DNA of 64,000 nt from Mobula hypostoma (GCF_963921235.1 NC_086100.1:200324001-200388000), one strand, 5' to 3'; positions 12,660 to 26,339 are shown, counted from the stretch's first letter. Numbers and translations: made by a program. The notes: generated by a model not told the origin, from the sequence alone.

Positions 12660-14135
12660 ACAACATTTCGAAGTAAGTTAACCAAGTCTGTATCTGAACA
12701 TTGATAAAACGAAGAGTGGACTTTCATCAACGGTGTTACAAACCACTCCCAGCTAAGGATCAACTTTTCAAATTGCTTACGAAGTGGACTGAAACTCTTT
12801 TATAAATTTCCATCCATCTTCTGGAGAGTCAATCCGTTTTGGACGAGTATCGGGTGGAGTAATCATCAGACGAGCCGGATAACGCGGCAACGGGCGACAG
12901 CTCATTAAAAAAAAATCCGCTTTTCACTTCCCGATATTTAATTCTTTTGGCATAAATCTCTGGGGCAAAATCTTCCACTATACGACTCTGAACTTCATTA
13001 TAGATTAATAGATTTTTTTCTCCTTGCATTCCGAAGAATAGCTTCTTTGGTTGTAAAATAATGGAAACAGAGAATTACAGGATGTGGTTTAATTTCGGCT
13101 GATGGGTTAAGACGCAGAATTCAGTGGGCTCTGTCCAATGTCGGACAGACTTCGAGAATGTCACTGAAAGATGTTCAACAAAAACTTGAGTGGCTCACTG
13201 CTTTCCGTATTTTCAGGCAAATTCAGTATACGTAGATTTCTGCTTTCCAAATCAATGGTTTTCTTCTTAATTCTTGACAATTCCGAACTATTCTCATTAA
13301 TTTTCTTTTCCATAAAAGACATCTTCAAAACCTGTTCCTGATTGAAACGTATAAAATTCTAAAGGGATTGGACAGGCTAGATGCAGGAAGATTGTTCCCG
13401 ATGTTGGGGAAGTCCAGGACGAGGGGTCACAGTTTGAGGATAAAGGGGAAGCCTTTTAGGACCGAGATGAGGAAAAACTTCTTCACACAGAGAGTGGTGA
13501 ATCTGTGGAATTCTCTGCCACAGGAAACAGTTGAGGCCAGTTCATTAGCTATATTTAAGAGGGAGTTAGATATGACCCTTGTGGCTACGGGGGTCAGGGG
13601 GTATGGAGGGAAGGCTGGTGCAGGGTTCTGAGTTGGATGATCAGCCATGATCATAATAAATGGCGGTGCAGGCTCGAAGGGCCGAATGGCCTACTCCTGC
13701 ACCTATTTTGTATGTTAATAGATTGACCCATTAATTCAAATTCCCGATCAATTCTGTGAGTATTCTGCTTAAGCGTCTGATATCGATCTTCCAAATTCTT
13801 CAAAGACTCCTGAATAGCGATGTTGGTTTTTTCAAACAATTGATTAGCTTTTGTCAATTTATCCATTTTGGTATCCACTGTACTGATCTTCACATTAATA
13901 GCTTCTATTAAAGACAGCATTCTTTCTGAAGTAGAAACTTCCTCTGGTTTCTCTGTTTGTTGCGGCTCAGGAAGAGTTTTGCCACTCCGTAATTCGGTTC
14001 CAGCCATCGTAATTAAACCGTAAAATCCTTCAGCAAATATAATAAATCCTCAAACTTGTAACGGATCTAGCAGTGAAAAGTAAGTTGTGAAACAAAAAAC
14101 GTCTTACTCCATACGCTGCCAAATGGAGACTCCTA
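12660..14135 (-). mobile_element. L1 5' UTR plus decayed ORF1, split by a + strand CR1 3' end (about 13338-13715)
   Basis: Coiled-coil ORF 13651-14007. Past the CR1 insert the minus strand reads IDLESRNLRILNLPE, LDRAH, KPHPVILCFHYFTTKEAILRNAR and IVEDF, which are L1 ORF1 RRM/CTD motifs. Confidence 0.8.
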
Positions 14136-14149
14136 ATTTACTCTGGCTA

Positions 14150-14580
14150 ATCAATCGCAGACGCCGACTGTTCGCAGGTCGGAGCTCAGTTTTGCTGACA
14201 GTGGACCTGAGTGAAATCCCCTGCTCGCAAACTTCAGGTGTTCGGAGTGGTCGCTGCTCAGAGCTCACTGTGAGTGATCTGTAGATCAGAGACCCCAGGC
14301 TCCTTTATAGCAGAATGAGGAGGCTGCGGCGACAACACTTTCTACACAAGCGAACCGGCTCACCGGCCCGCGAGCGGGGGGGACCTTTGTACCGAACCTC
14401 GACGTCACCGCGAAGTTTCAATGAACGAGTCTCCAGTGCGACTTACAGACTGTGTCTCGGTAGTTTCAGCTGTGTGTGTGGCACATCGCTACGTGGGGAC
14501 TGGGGACTGGTGGTGGGGGGAGTGGGGGGAGTAGGGGGTGGGGACTGGGAGGTCGGGGGAGTGGGGGCCGGTTCAGCTCA
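14150..14580. promoter_or_regulatory. CpG-rich, promoter-like segment in the spacer between the inverted arms
   Basis: Locally dense CpG. Minus-strand TATAAA at 14304-14309, CRE-like TGACGTC at about 14401-14407, agtttca half-sites, minus-strand GTAAGT donor at 14441-14446, and a G-tract at 14495-14570. Confidence 0.3.
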
Positions 14581-16549
14581 CTGTTCCGTGAGGTTTACTC
14601 ATCTTCACACTGAACTGAGGCTGTAGCTGCAACTAACAGGCTTCTGTAGACTCACCTTCAGCAACTTAATTTCTCAATGCTATTGCTTACTTTTATTTGT
14701 TTTTTTTTTCTGCACATTCAGGTCATTGGGCATTTTCTTTTGTTTTGATGGATTCTTTGTGTTTCTTTTTCTGTGGCTGCCTGTAAGGAGACGAATCTCA
14801 AGGTTGTATAAAGTACAACCACCACTCCCTCCCTGTTCAGGATGTCCTGCAGACATCGGAAACATCCCTGCCCCTGGCACCAGGGAGACAACAGCTTTAT
14901 AGAGACAGAAGAGACAGCAGATACTGGAAACTGGAGTGACAACAAACTGCTGGAGGATCTGAACAAGTCAGGCTGTATCTGTGTTGGGGGGGGGAGAGAG
15001 TGGGGATCAATTGTTGACATTTTGGGTCTTGACACTGACAATTCCTTTCCCTCACAGATGCTGCTTGACCTGCTGAGTTCCTACAGCAGATTGTTTGTTA
15101 TCCCATTTGAGAGGCTTGTTTACACCCAGTGAAAACCCTGTCTACACCCGTTACAGCCGAGTCCCCTGTCACAACAGCTGTGCCTGTCTTTTCCCTCTCC
15201 GGCTGTGGTCCCACAAACGTTCCTGTTGCTCCTTTCCCCGGTTTCCACCTATTGCAGCAGGAACATTCCACTGGGCTGAGTTCTCCTGCCATGGACACCC
15301 TTGCACTGGGCCCTCTCTTCCTCCTGGACAGTGAACATACATCTCACATTCATTGAATGTATTGATTACACCAGCAAGATTCTTCATCGATAAACACTGC
15401 CTGTTACAATGTAACATCCCTGCCTTTATCTTTATTTCAGTGAACAGCCCACCCTTGCTGCTCACCAATCAGCTGTTTCCACTGACACACATCACTTCCT
15501 GAATGGTGACACCACCTCCAGCTCCTCCAATGGTCTCGACAAGGTAGGTGGGCTCTAAACATGCAATGGTCTGTCCCACGTCTCTCCCCCAGGTCCTCCT
15601 CACTCACCTCTGCTGCCTTCTTAATTCCCCAAATCTGCACAGCATCATATTGTTATAGAACCTCCGGACCAACTTGTCCATCCCGAACAAGATTCCCATC
15701 TGAGCCTGTCCTATTTCCCTGCATTTTTCCTGGAGGTTAATAGGCTCTGGATTATTTTATTTATTTACTTTGATATACAGCAAGGAAGAGGCTCTTCCAG
15801 TCTTCTGAACTATGTCAGTCAGGAAACATCTGACAACTCCCCAATTTATTCTTAACCTCATCACAGGACAATTTACAATGACCAATTAATCTACCCAGTA
15901 TGGGTTTGGACTGTGGGAGGAAATGGGGGCACCTGGAGAACACTCACATATTCCACAGGAAGGATGTACAGCGAATCCTTACAGAACGGTGACAGAATGT
16001 CATCGTGCTGTCCCCTATGCTACCATGGCACCCAGTAAGGTGTCAGCGGTTACAGGGAGAGGCAGGAGAATGGGGTTGAGAGGGAAACATAAATCAGCCA
16101 TGATGGAATGGCAGATCAGAAATGAGGGGCCAAATGGCCTAATTCTGCTCATATGTCATCTGGTCTTACGGTCAAATTGTTTGTATAAATCATGAACAAA
16201 GGTCCCAGCACCAGTCTGTCTGATACACCCTTATTACAGGTCTCCAGTCTCAGAAACAGCTTCCTCTGGTTTCTCTCCTCACCCTCTGCTTCTTCCCATA
16301 AAGCCAATTATGAATTGGTTGACTTTTGGATCTCTCATGACCTCACCTTCTAGACTAGTCCTGCATGCATCTCATTCTTTCAATCAGGACAGTCAATATA
16401 ACATAGAAATACAATTGTGTCAGCATGAATTAATCAGTCTGATGGCCTGGTAGAAGAAGCTGTTGGTCCTGGCTTTTATGCTGTGGTACCGTTTCCCAGA
16501 TGGTAGCAGCTGGAACAGTTTGTGGTTGGGGTGATTGGTGTGTGCTGAC

Positions 16550-18420
16550 ACCATAAGACCTTAAGACAGAAGAACAGAATTAGCCCATCTGGCCCATCGA
16601 GACTGCCCAACCATTCCATCACAGCTGATTTATTAACCCTATCAACCCCATTCTCCTGCCTTCTCCCCGTAACCTTTGATGCCCCAACTAATCAAGAACC
16701 TCCATTTTGCAATGAATTCCACTGATTCACCACCATCTGGCTGAAGAAATTCCTCCTCATTTCTATTCTGAGGCTGTGTACTCTAGTTCTAGACTCCCCC
16801 ACGATAGGAAAATCCTCTCTACATAAACCCCTTTCAATATTTGATAGGCTTCAGTGAGATCCCCCCTCATTCTTCTGAACTCCAGCAAGTGCAGGCTAAG
16901 AACCATCAAACACTCCTCACGCATTAATGTTTTCATTCCTGGATACATTCTTGACCCTTTGCACTGAGGTTTTTGAATTTTCCCCCAGGTTAGAAAATAG
17001 TCCATGCCTTTATTCCATCTGCTAAAGTGAATGGCCATAAACTTCCCTAAGCTATATCCCATCTGTCACTTCTTTTCCCATGCTTCTAACCTATTTAAGT
17101 TCTTCTGCAGACTCCCTGCCTCCTCGACACTACCTGCACCTCCACCTATCTTCATATCATCTGCAAACTTGGCCACAAAGCCATCAATTCCATCATCCAA
17201 ATCATTAACATATAACGCAAAAAGAAGTGGTCCCAAAACCAACCCCTGTGAAACACCACTAGTCACCGGCAACCAACCAGAAAAAGCCCCCTTTATTTCC
17301 ACTCTTTGCCTCCTGCCAATCAGCCAATCTTCTATCCATGCTAGTATATTTCCTGTAATATGCTGGCTTCTATCTTGTTAAGCAGCCTCATGTGTGGCAC
17401 TTTGTCAAAGGCCTTCTGAAAATTCAAATAAACAACATCTACTGACTCTTCTTTGTCTGTCCTGCTTGTTGTTTCCTCGTAGAATTCCAACAGATTTGTG
17501 AGGCAAGATCTTCCCTTGAGGAATCCATGTTGACTGTGGCCCATTGTATCATGTGCCCTCAAGTACCCCAAAAGCACATCCTTAACAATCGACTGCAACA
17601 TCTTCACAATCACTGAGGTCAGACTAACTGGCCTATAATTTCATTTCTCCTGCCTCTCCCCCTTCTTGAAGAATGGAGTGATATTTGCGGTTTTCCCTTC
17701 CTCTGGAAGCATGCCAGAATCAAATGATTGTTGGCAGATCACTACTCATGCCCCCACAATCTCTTTAAAATCTTTTTTCAGAACCCTGGGATGTACACAA
17801 TCCCTACTCCTTGAGAAAACCATTGACCCAACCTGAGACATCCCTGATCCTGGCACACGGGAGGCAACATATCATCCGGGTGTCTCGATCACACCCACAG
17901 AATCTCATCTCTGTTCTCTGATTATGGAATCTCCTATCACCACTGCAGTTCTTTTCACCTCTCTGCTCTTCTGAGCCGCAGCATCAGACTCAATGCCAGA
18001 GACCTGGTCAGTGCGACTCCCCCTTAGCAGCTCGACCTCTCAGCCATGTCCAAAGTGGCTACTTGAGGTTACAGCCACAGGGATACTCTGCTACGGCTTC
18101 CCTACCTTCTTCTGACTGCCACCCTGGTACCTGCTTCCTGCAACTCAGGGGTCACGGCCTCCCTGTAGCTCCTGCCTATCACCACCTCATTCTCCCATAT
18201 GAGCTGAAAGTGATCGAGCTGCAGCTCCATTTCCTTAACACCGTTTCTGAGGAGCTGCAGCTCAGTGCACTTGGTGCAGATGTGGTTATCTGGGAGAATG
18301 GAGGTCTCCCATATCTCACACACAGAACAAAACACTGTCTCTGGAGCCATTCTCTCTGCACTACTGTTCCCTAACAGATGAGGAATGAAGAATTAAGACG
18401 AAAAGGAGAAACTTACCAGA
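16550..18420 (-). mobile_element. Internally deleted, decayed CR1 (ORF1 N-terminus plus RT and 3' end)
   Basis: CSVCEIWE..HICTKC ORF1 motif (18102-18350); RT motifs in 17066-17613. Confidence 0.85.
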
Positions 18421-18683
18421 TACTCACCTCACCCAAGCCTGACCTTGCTGACGCCTGATGAGCCAAAGCCACTCTAAACACTGGCCCACTCACAACAACG
18501 TCCACTTCGCTTGTGCTTGCGTTTCTTCCTTATGAAACCTGCTCAGCAATTGGTCACAGTCCACCTCCGAGAAACTGCCACAAAGTTCTGCCTTGTTACT
18601 TTTGAGTGTGGACCTGATTTAAAAAGGTAGCTCTCCTCATCCTACCACTCAGTAGTTTCTTAGAAGTTTGCGAAGTTTCGGCC

Positions 18684-20240
18684 TGTCATCTAAAACTTTG
18701 ACACACTTCCATTGATTTGTCGTGGAGAGTATATTGATTGGTTGAATTATGTCTTGGTCTGGTGTGAGGGGATCCAGGAGAGCCCCTATTAACTGCTTGA
18801 AGAGAGACAGAGACATTCATCATTGATGGTTTGTTTGGAAAAGAGAGAGAGACGAAGATTAACAGTTGGACTGTCACTTTAAGGCATTGGAAGTAACTTT
18901 GGATTTCTACTGAGTTTGGAGTTGGAGACAGCACCGAGCAGCTCGAAGGTTGCTATGGTGACCAAAGGCAGGTTGTTGATGTTACTTCCAAGGACGTGTT
19001 GCCTGCTTGTGCTCCTTTACAGACAAAGAAAGGAAGGAGGGACTCTTTGAGTGACAGGTGATGCTCAGCCTGGTGGGATAAATGGGAGGTCAGATGATAC
19101 AGACCTCAGACACATGTTCTGGACACTGAATGAGCATTGCTGTGCCCGCAGAGAAAGTGGGTTTTGGAGGATCGATCAGGCGGATCGATCCAAATTGCTA
19201 TTCCAGTGGTGAAGAAGGGGTTGACTAGTGGGGAGTTGTCTATGTGTCCACCCTGGCCTGGGTGATAGTTCCACCACAGGAAAACCGGTCCCCCTGGTTA
19301 AAGTCACAGTCGGTGACTTGTAAAGGATTTCGGAGGACGACGAGAAGATCGACAGCAACAGCTCACCTCTCTCTCTTATATATATATCTCTGTCCCTCCC
19401 TCCCCATCGCTATTCAACTAAATACCACAAACTGAACTTTACTCAACATCGTAAGACTGTATCTTTTTACCCCTAGACTTAAAGAAGCTTGGTTATCATA
19501 CATATATATTCCACACTTACTTTTATATATAATCATTGCTAACCTGTTTGATTTATCTACATTTATATTACTGTATTGCATAGTTACTAATAAATATTAG
19601 TAGTTTATAGCAATACGAGACTCCAAAGTGTTTTCCATCTCTGCTGGTTCTTTATCCCCGTCACAGGGTCCGTGACAGTGGAAACACCAAAGCCTTTGAA
19701 TGGAAAGGCACACAAAATCCATTACAATATATGCCCAATCATTACTGGTAACGTCCTCCCCACCACTGAACACATCTACATCGGGCTCTGTTGTAGGGAA
19801 GCAGCCTCCATCATCGAGGATCCCCACCATCCAAGCCATCTTCTCTTCTCACTGCTGTCATCAGGAAGAAGGTATAGGAGCCTCTGGACCACATCACCTG
19901 GTTCAGGAACAGTAATTACCCTTCAACCATCAGACTCCTGAACCAGTGGAGGCAGCTCATTCAACTTCACTCGAACCATCATCTACGACTTTCAAGGATT
20001 CTTCATCTCATGTTCTCCCTATTGATTGCTGATCTATTTATTATTATTATTTCTTTTCTCTCTTTTTGTACTCAGTTTGTTTTTAAATCACATTGGTTGC
20101 TGTTTGTCCTGTTGGGTATGAGCTTTCATTGATCCTATTGTGTTTCTCATATTTACTGTGATTGCCCACAATAAAATGAATCTCAGGGTTGTATATGATG
20201 ACACACATGTACTTCGACAATAAGTTTACTTTAAACTTTG
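18684..20240 (+). mobile_element. Rex1/Babar-type LINE 3' fragment, split by a solo LTR
   Basis: Remnants include HPSHLLFSLLSSGRRYRSL and an AT-rich 3' UTR ending tttactttaaactttga. Confidence 0.7.
18763..19677 (+). mobile_element. Solo LTR, 915 bp
   Basis: TG...CA ends, AATAAA near 19589, imperfect 4-bp TSD ctgg/gtgg. The host LINE resumes exactly after it. Confidence 0.75.
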
Positions 20241-21414
20241 AGCTCCACACTGTATTAAGTTTACTTCATTTCTCCGGTGGTATCACTTTAACCTGTCTGT
20301 CCTACACCATGAACCTTCGGCTAACAGCAGCATCGAAAGAAGACTGAAGATACTGGAAATCTGAGGTAAAATTGGAAACTGCTGGAAAGACTCACCAGGT
20401 CAGGCAGCATCTGTAGTGAGAGAAATAAAGATAGTGATTCAAGTGAATGATGGTGTGTCAGTGTCAGTGATCCAGAGGATTGAGGTGGTATGTGCAATAA
20501 GATAGATGAACTTGCAGCACAGTTGCAGATTGGAATGTATGATTGATGTTGGCGGCATCATTGAATCATGGATGAAAGAAGATTATAACTGGGAGCTTAA
20601 CATCCAAGGATACACATTGTCTCAAAAGTTCAGGGGGGCGGCATTGCCCTGTTGGTAAAAAAAAATGAAATCAAATTATTAGAAAGAGATGACATATGGT
20701 CGAAAAGTGTTGAATCATTGTGTAGGAACTGCAAGGGTAAAAAGACCCTAGTGGGAGTTGTACACTGACCCCCAAACAGTAGTAAGGAGGTGGCCTACAA
20801 ATTACAATGTGAGATAGAAAATGCATGCCTAAGGGACAGGTGGGTGGAGGACGGGGAGTCAGAGATGTCTTGAGGAGGGTTGCTGTTAACTTGGATCAGT
20901 ACGGACAGGTAGTTTCTGGTCAGCATGAATATGTCGGGCTGAAGGTTTGTTTAACTCTGTAGAAACAGTCACATGATGCAGTCTGGGTTCTCTCTCGTCC
21001 TTTCCATCTCCCCTCCCTCCTTCTTCCCCCTCCCCCCTCCTCCTTTCCCTTCCCTTTCCTATCTCTGCTCTCTTCCCCTCTCTCCCCCACAAATTTGCAG
21101 ATGACACCAAGACTGGGGGTGTAAAGGACAGTGATGAACACTATCATGACTTGCAACAGGATCTGTATCAGCTGGAAAAATGGGCTGAAACAAGGCAGAT
21201 GGAATTTAGTGTAGATAAGTGTGGGGTGCTGCTCTTCAGTATTACCAAGCAGGGGAGGTCTTATACAAAGAACGGTAGGGCACTGAGGAGTGTGGTAGAA
21301 CAAAGGGATCTGAGAAGACAGGGCCAAAATTCATTGAAAGTGATGTCACAGGTTGATAGGGTTTGGCACATGGGTCTTCATAAATCAATATTGAATACAG
21401 AAGATAGGATGTTA

Positions 21415-23719
21415 AACAGGGTTTATCTCTAAAAGGAATTATTTCCTTAACATCAGGTACCTTCTGAATATAATGCATTCCCCAAGACATCCTGAGGAAG
21501 ACCTTATTGTATTAAGTTTAGATGGTGAGAAAGCATTCAACCAAGTGGAATGGCAATACCTCTGTGAGGTTTTGAAAAGATTTGGAATGGGAGACAAATT
21601 TATAACTTGGATTAAGCAGTAACCCTAGTGCTAAAATACTAACTAATCAGACCCTCTCGGAACCATTCAGTTAGCACAGGGGCACAAGACAGGGCTGTGC
21701 ATTGCGTTGGCCCTGGAACCACTGGCGGAGACTATATGTTCTCAACCCGAAATTTATGGGTACAATACAGAGTATACTATCAACAAAATTTCCCTTTAGC
21801 GGACGATGTTTTGTTGTTTGTAACGAAACCATATATTACTATTCCAGTTTTGCTGGAAATAGTCAATTTATTTGGCACTTTCTCAGGGTATAAGATTAAC
21901 TGGGGGAAAAGTGAATTATTCCCGGTCCGAGTAGAAGAACCGGAGGGGCTTAAACAATTTCCATTCAAAATAACCCTTGAGAAGTTTACTTACCTTGCAA
22001 TTGCAATAACCAAAAAGTATAGTTCTCTATTTGAAGCAAATTTTATCTCTCTAATTGAAAAGATTAAAAAGAAAATGGAATCTTGGAAGGCACTCCCAAT
22101 TTCTGTAGTGGGCAGAGTAAATGCAGCCAAGATGATCTTTCTCCCCCAACTGCTCTATCTATTTCAGAACCTGCCACTCTATCTTACCAAAACCTTCTTT
22201 AAAGAATTAGATTCGATAATTCTACCTTTTATATGGAATTATAAAGCACGTGGAATTTGGAAAGAACATCTCTGCAAGAATAAGACTAGTGGGGAGATGG
22301 CACTACCCAACTTTATTTTTTACTACTGGGCTGCTAACGTTAGCCATGGAGCATACTGGATAGATGATACAGTTGTACTTCCCGGACGGTTGGAGATGGA
22401 GCATGAGGATTTCCTACCATATTCCATAGGGGCAATCATTATGTCTCCTATTCGGTTAAATAAACCCTGTTATAGAGGCAATCCCGTTATACATAGCACC
22501 ACACAGATGTGGAGACAAAGGGGGAAGCATTTGAAACTCAGAACATTATCTTTTCTTGTACCTATATCAGCGAAGCCCTCTTTTATCCCCTCATATATAG
22601 ATAGGGCCTTTGCTGCATGGCGAGAATTAGGGATACGCAGCATTGGAGATTTATGCATACAACGGATTTTTGCGTCATTTCGGCAGCTCCAGGACAAATT
22701 CAGATTGCAAAAGAGTTATTTTTTCTGGTATCTCCAGCTAAGACACTATATAAGATCACATCCTTCTGGTTTTGAGACGGCAAACCTCATAAATCAGATA
22801 ATCATTTAAGATCATGTTTAGGGACAGAGCACACCATCGCCTATCTGTATGATGCCATACAAAACAAGTGTCATACAACAATGGATAATATTAAAAAGGA
22901 GTGGGAAAAGGAGTTGGGTACAGAGATAGAGGAGGTTATATGGAATGAGGCTTTGGAGTATGTTAACTCCTGTTCCATCAATGTCAGGCATTGCTTAATA
23001 CAATTTAAAATCCTACATAGGTTACATTATTCAAAAGGAAGCATTCATAAAATATTCCCAGAGGTGCCCCAATATGTGAGAAATGCAAGTGCTCGGAGGC
23101 AAATTTGTTACATAGTTATGCTTTATGTCCCAGGATACACGAGTATTGGAAGCAAATATTTGAGGTCCTATCGAAGGTACTAAAGGTTCAGATAATACCA
23201 GACCCCATTTTAGTAATTTCTGGAACTTCTGCAAGGTCAAATAAATTCCAGGCTACCCAGCAACAACTCCTGATGTATGGCATACTTAATGGAAAGAAAC
23301 ACACTGATGTTCTGGAAAAAGGAGGACTAAGAAGGTGGATCACTAAGACATGGCTGGCTGCATTAATGGATACTCAGCATCTAGAGAGGAAAAAATATGT
23401 TATCAAGGAAAGACTGAAGGAATTTGAAAAAATCTGGCAACCATTACTGTTGTATTTAGAAGTGACCGACAGCTGAACTAAGTGTGGGGGGCGCTAGGAC
23501 CTAAACAGCACATACGCGAGGGTGAGGGGAGGGCTGGGAAGGGAAAGGAGATGGGTGGTAGGGTTTCCTTTGCTTTTTGCTGGTTTACTATACATACATT
23601 CATTTGATTTTCATTGTGTTGTTATGAGAAAGAAAAGAAAAAAAGAAGCATTATACTTTAGGACATTGTCAGTTGTAGTTGAGCTAATATTGCTTCACAA
23701 TAAAAAAACATTTGAAACA
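21415..23719 (+). mobile_element. 5'-truncated L1-clade LINE (ORF2 RT to C-terminus and 3' UTR) with 16-bp TSD
   Basis: TGFI..SLDGEKAF..VEW, RGTRQGC, ADDVLL, FSGYKINWGKS and QFKILHRLH motifs. AATAAA at 23699. TSD agaagataggatgtta at 21399-21414 and 23720-23735. Confidence 0.93.
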
Positions 23720-24893
23720 AGAAGATAGGATGTTATGTAAAGTCGTATAAGACATTGGTGAGACTTAATTTGGAGCATTGTGTGCAGGTCTGGTCGCCTA
23801 CCTACAGGAAAGATGAGAATAAGTTTGAAAGAGTACAGAGGATGTTGCCAAGTCTGGAGGACAAGAGTTATATGAAAAGATTGAAAAGGTTAGTGTTTTC
23901 TTTGGAACATAGAATATTGAGGGGCGATTTGATAGAGGTATACAAAATTATAAGGGATATAGATAGGGTAAGTGGCTTTTTCCGCTGAGGTTGGGTGGGA
24001 CTATAACTGGAGGTCATGAGTTAAAGGTGAAAGATGAAAAGTTTAAAGAGAACATGAGGGGAAACTTCTTCACTCAAGTGGTGGATGTGAACTGGATTTT
24101 AATGCTTGAGGGAAGTTTGAAGAAGTACATCAATGGTAGGTTTATGGAGGCTGTGGTCCCGGTGCAGGTCGATAGTGGTAGACAGTTTAAATGATTTGTT
24201 GTGGACTAGATAGCCAAAGGGCCTGTTTCTTTGTTGTACTTTACTATGAGTCTATGACCTTAAGTAGATACAGGAGCATGGGGACTCACCATGAGGTTCA
24301 GGAACAGTTATTACCCCACAATAATCTGGCTCTTGAACCAGTGGGGATAAGTTTCATTCAACTTCACTTGAATCATCACCTAAGGACTCACTTTCAAGAA
24401 TCATTCACCTCATGTTCTCAATATTTATTGTTTATTTATTTAGTTACTATTTTTCTCTGTATTTGTATTTGCAGTTTGTTGGTTATTTATCATGTTGGTT
24501 GCTCTCTGCCCTACTGGGTGCGGTCTTTCCTTGATTTTATTGTGTTCTTGTATTTACTGTGATTGCCCAGAATAAAACAAATCTCAGGGTTGTAAGTGAT
24601 CAGATAATTTCCTTCGATAATAAATTTACTTTGAACTTTGAGCTCCATACTGTATAAATTTTACTTCAATTCTCCATTGGGATCACTTCCACACCACGAA
24701 CCTTCGGCTAACAGCAGCTCGACAGGAAACTGCAGATACTGGAAATCTGAGGTAAAATTGGAAACTGCTGCTCAGACTCACCAGGTCGGGCAGCATCTGC
24801 AGAGAGAGAAACAAAGATAGTCATTCAAGTCAGTGACTCTCAGTCAGTGCTGGAGATGGAGAGGATTGAATCAGGGAACAGACGTGGGAAGAC

Positions 24894-25309
24894 TTATGAA
24901 AACAGGTTGTGAACTCGGACTTTTCTCCTTGGAGCGATGGAGGATGAGAGGTGACCTGATGGAGGTGTTTAAGATGATGACAGGCATGTGGATAGTCAGG
25001 GGATTTTTCCCAGGGCTGAAATGGTTGCCACAAGAGGGCACAGGTGTAAGGTGCTGGGGAGTAGTTACAGAGGAGATGTCAGGGGTAAGTTTTTTACTCA
25101 GAGAGTGGTGAGTGCATGGAATGGGCTGCCGGCAATGGTGGTGGAGGTGGATATGACAGGGTCTTTGAAGAGACTTTTGGATAGGTACATGGAGCTTAGA
25201 AAAATAGAGGGCTGTGGGGAAGTCTAGTAATTTCTAAGGTAAGGACATGTTCGGCACAACTCTGTGGGCCAAAGGGCCTGTATTGTGCTGTAGGTTTTCT
25301 ATGTTTCTG
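24894..25309 (+). mobile_element. CR1 3' end inserted after the duplication
   Basis: Absent from the left arm. Flanked by agac at 24890-24893 and 25310-25313; ttctatgtttct tail. Confidence 0.8.
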
Positions 25310-26081
25310 AGACAGGGATCAGGAGTGAGTAAGAAAAAGGTGGTCAGAGAGGGCTGGGGTGTGGTGTAATGGGAATGGGGCAGAGGCTGGTCAAGAGGGA
25401 TGGGTGAGTTAGGGGGTTAGAGAGGGTGTGGGGAGAGGAATGTCCACCGGGTGGATGGGGAAGGTACAGAGTTGCTACAGGGTGTGGAGAGAGAGGTGGG
25501 TGGGTGTGGAGTGGGGAAAGAGAGGTGGGGAGTGGGGAGAATGAGGTGAATGGGTGGAGTGAGGGAAGAGAGCTTTGAGGGTGGAGTGTAGTGAATGGGG
25601 AGAGTGAGATGAGTGGGTGGAGAGAGGGGAAAGAGGTGAGTGGGTGACGGGTGGGGAGAGAGAGGTGAGTGGATGGAGGGTAGGGAAAGAGGAGGGAGGG
25701 TGGTAGGGAGTGGAGAGAAAGACAGTTGGGTGGGTGGGAGGGGAGAGTGAGGTGAGTGGGTGGAGGGTGAGGAGTGAGGTCAGTGGATGGGGACGGGAGA
25801 GAGAGGAAGGTGGGGACTCGGGAGTCAGACATCTCAAGGATTTGTGCTGTTAATTGGGATCAGTACAGACAGGTCAGCACGAATATGTTGGGCTGAAGAT
25901 CTGCTTAACTCTTTACAAACAGTCACATGGATTCACTGGAAGCCAAGGACGTGGTATGTGGTCTGGATGGGGTTGTAACTGAACATCTTTGTAACCTAGG
26001 GTATCATTACAGAGTGTGAAGCAGTCAGTCACTGGCCGGGTCACTGGTTCATCGCTCACTCTGACTTTTACTGTTTTACAG

Positions 26082-26162
26082 TTTGGTTTAGACTGATACA
26101 TTGCTCTCTCTGGAACTCAGTTCACCCATCTTCCAAATGTTATGTTGCACAGCGTGTGATTG
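26082..26162 (+). other. Candidate 81-nt upstream exon of the + strand GVIN gene
   Basis: Acceptor ctctgacttttactgttttacag| and donor ttg|gtgaga. Both are conserved in the inverted copy at 7461-7541. ATG at 26137. Confidence 0.5.
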
Positions 26163-26339
26163 GTGAGATGGTGTGACGAGAGACGAGAGAGAGAGAGACT
26201 CAAACGATGAGAACAGGTGAAGCTGTGGTTGGACTCGCTGTGGGATATCCGGGATGGGGGAATGTGGGAGACGTTTAGTGAGGTGGTTACAGCGCAGAGA
26301 TGGAGAGAGGGGAGATGGGTGAGCACTAGGAGGGGCAGG

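Larger units (their letters stand above)
20475..26330. repeat. Inner right arm of inverted duplication, with two later insertions
   Basis: Reverse complement of 7310-10506, plus an L1 (21415-23719) and a CR1 3' end (24894-25309) that the left arm lacks. Confidence 0.93.

Noticed and set aside
15098..15356. Short ORFs as a small host gene
   Set aside because: The minus strand reads AVVTGDSAVTGVDRVF, a decayed CR1 ORF1 esterase GDS motif.
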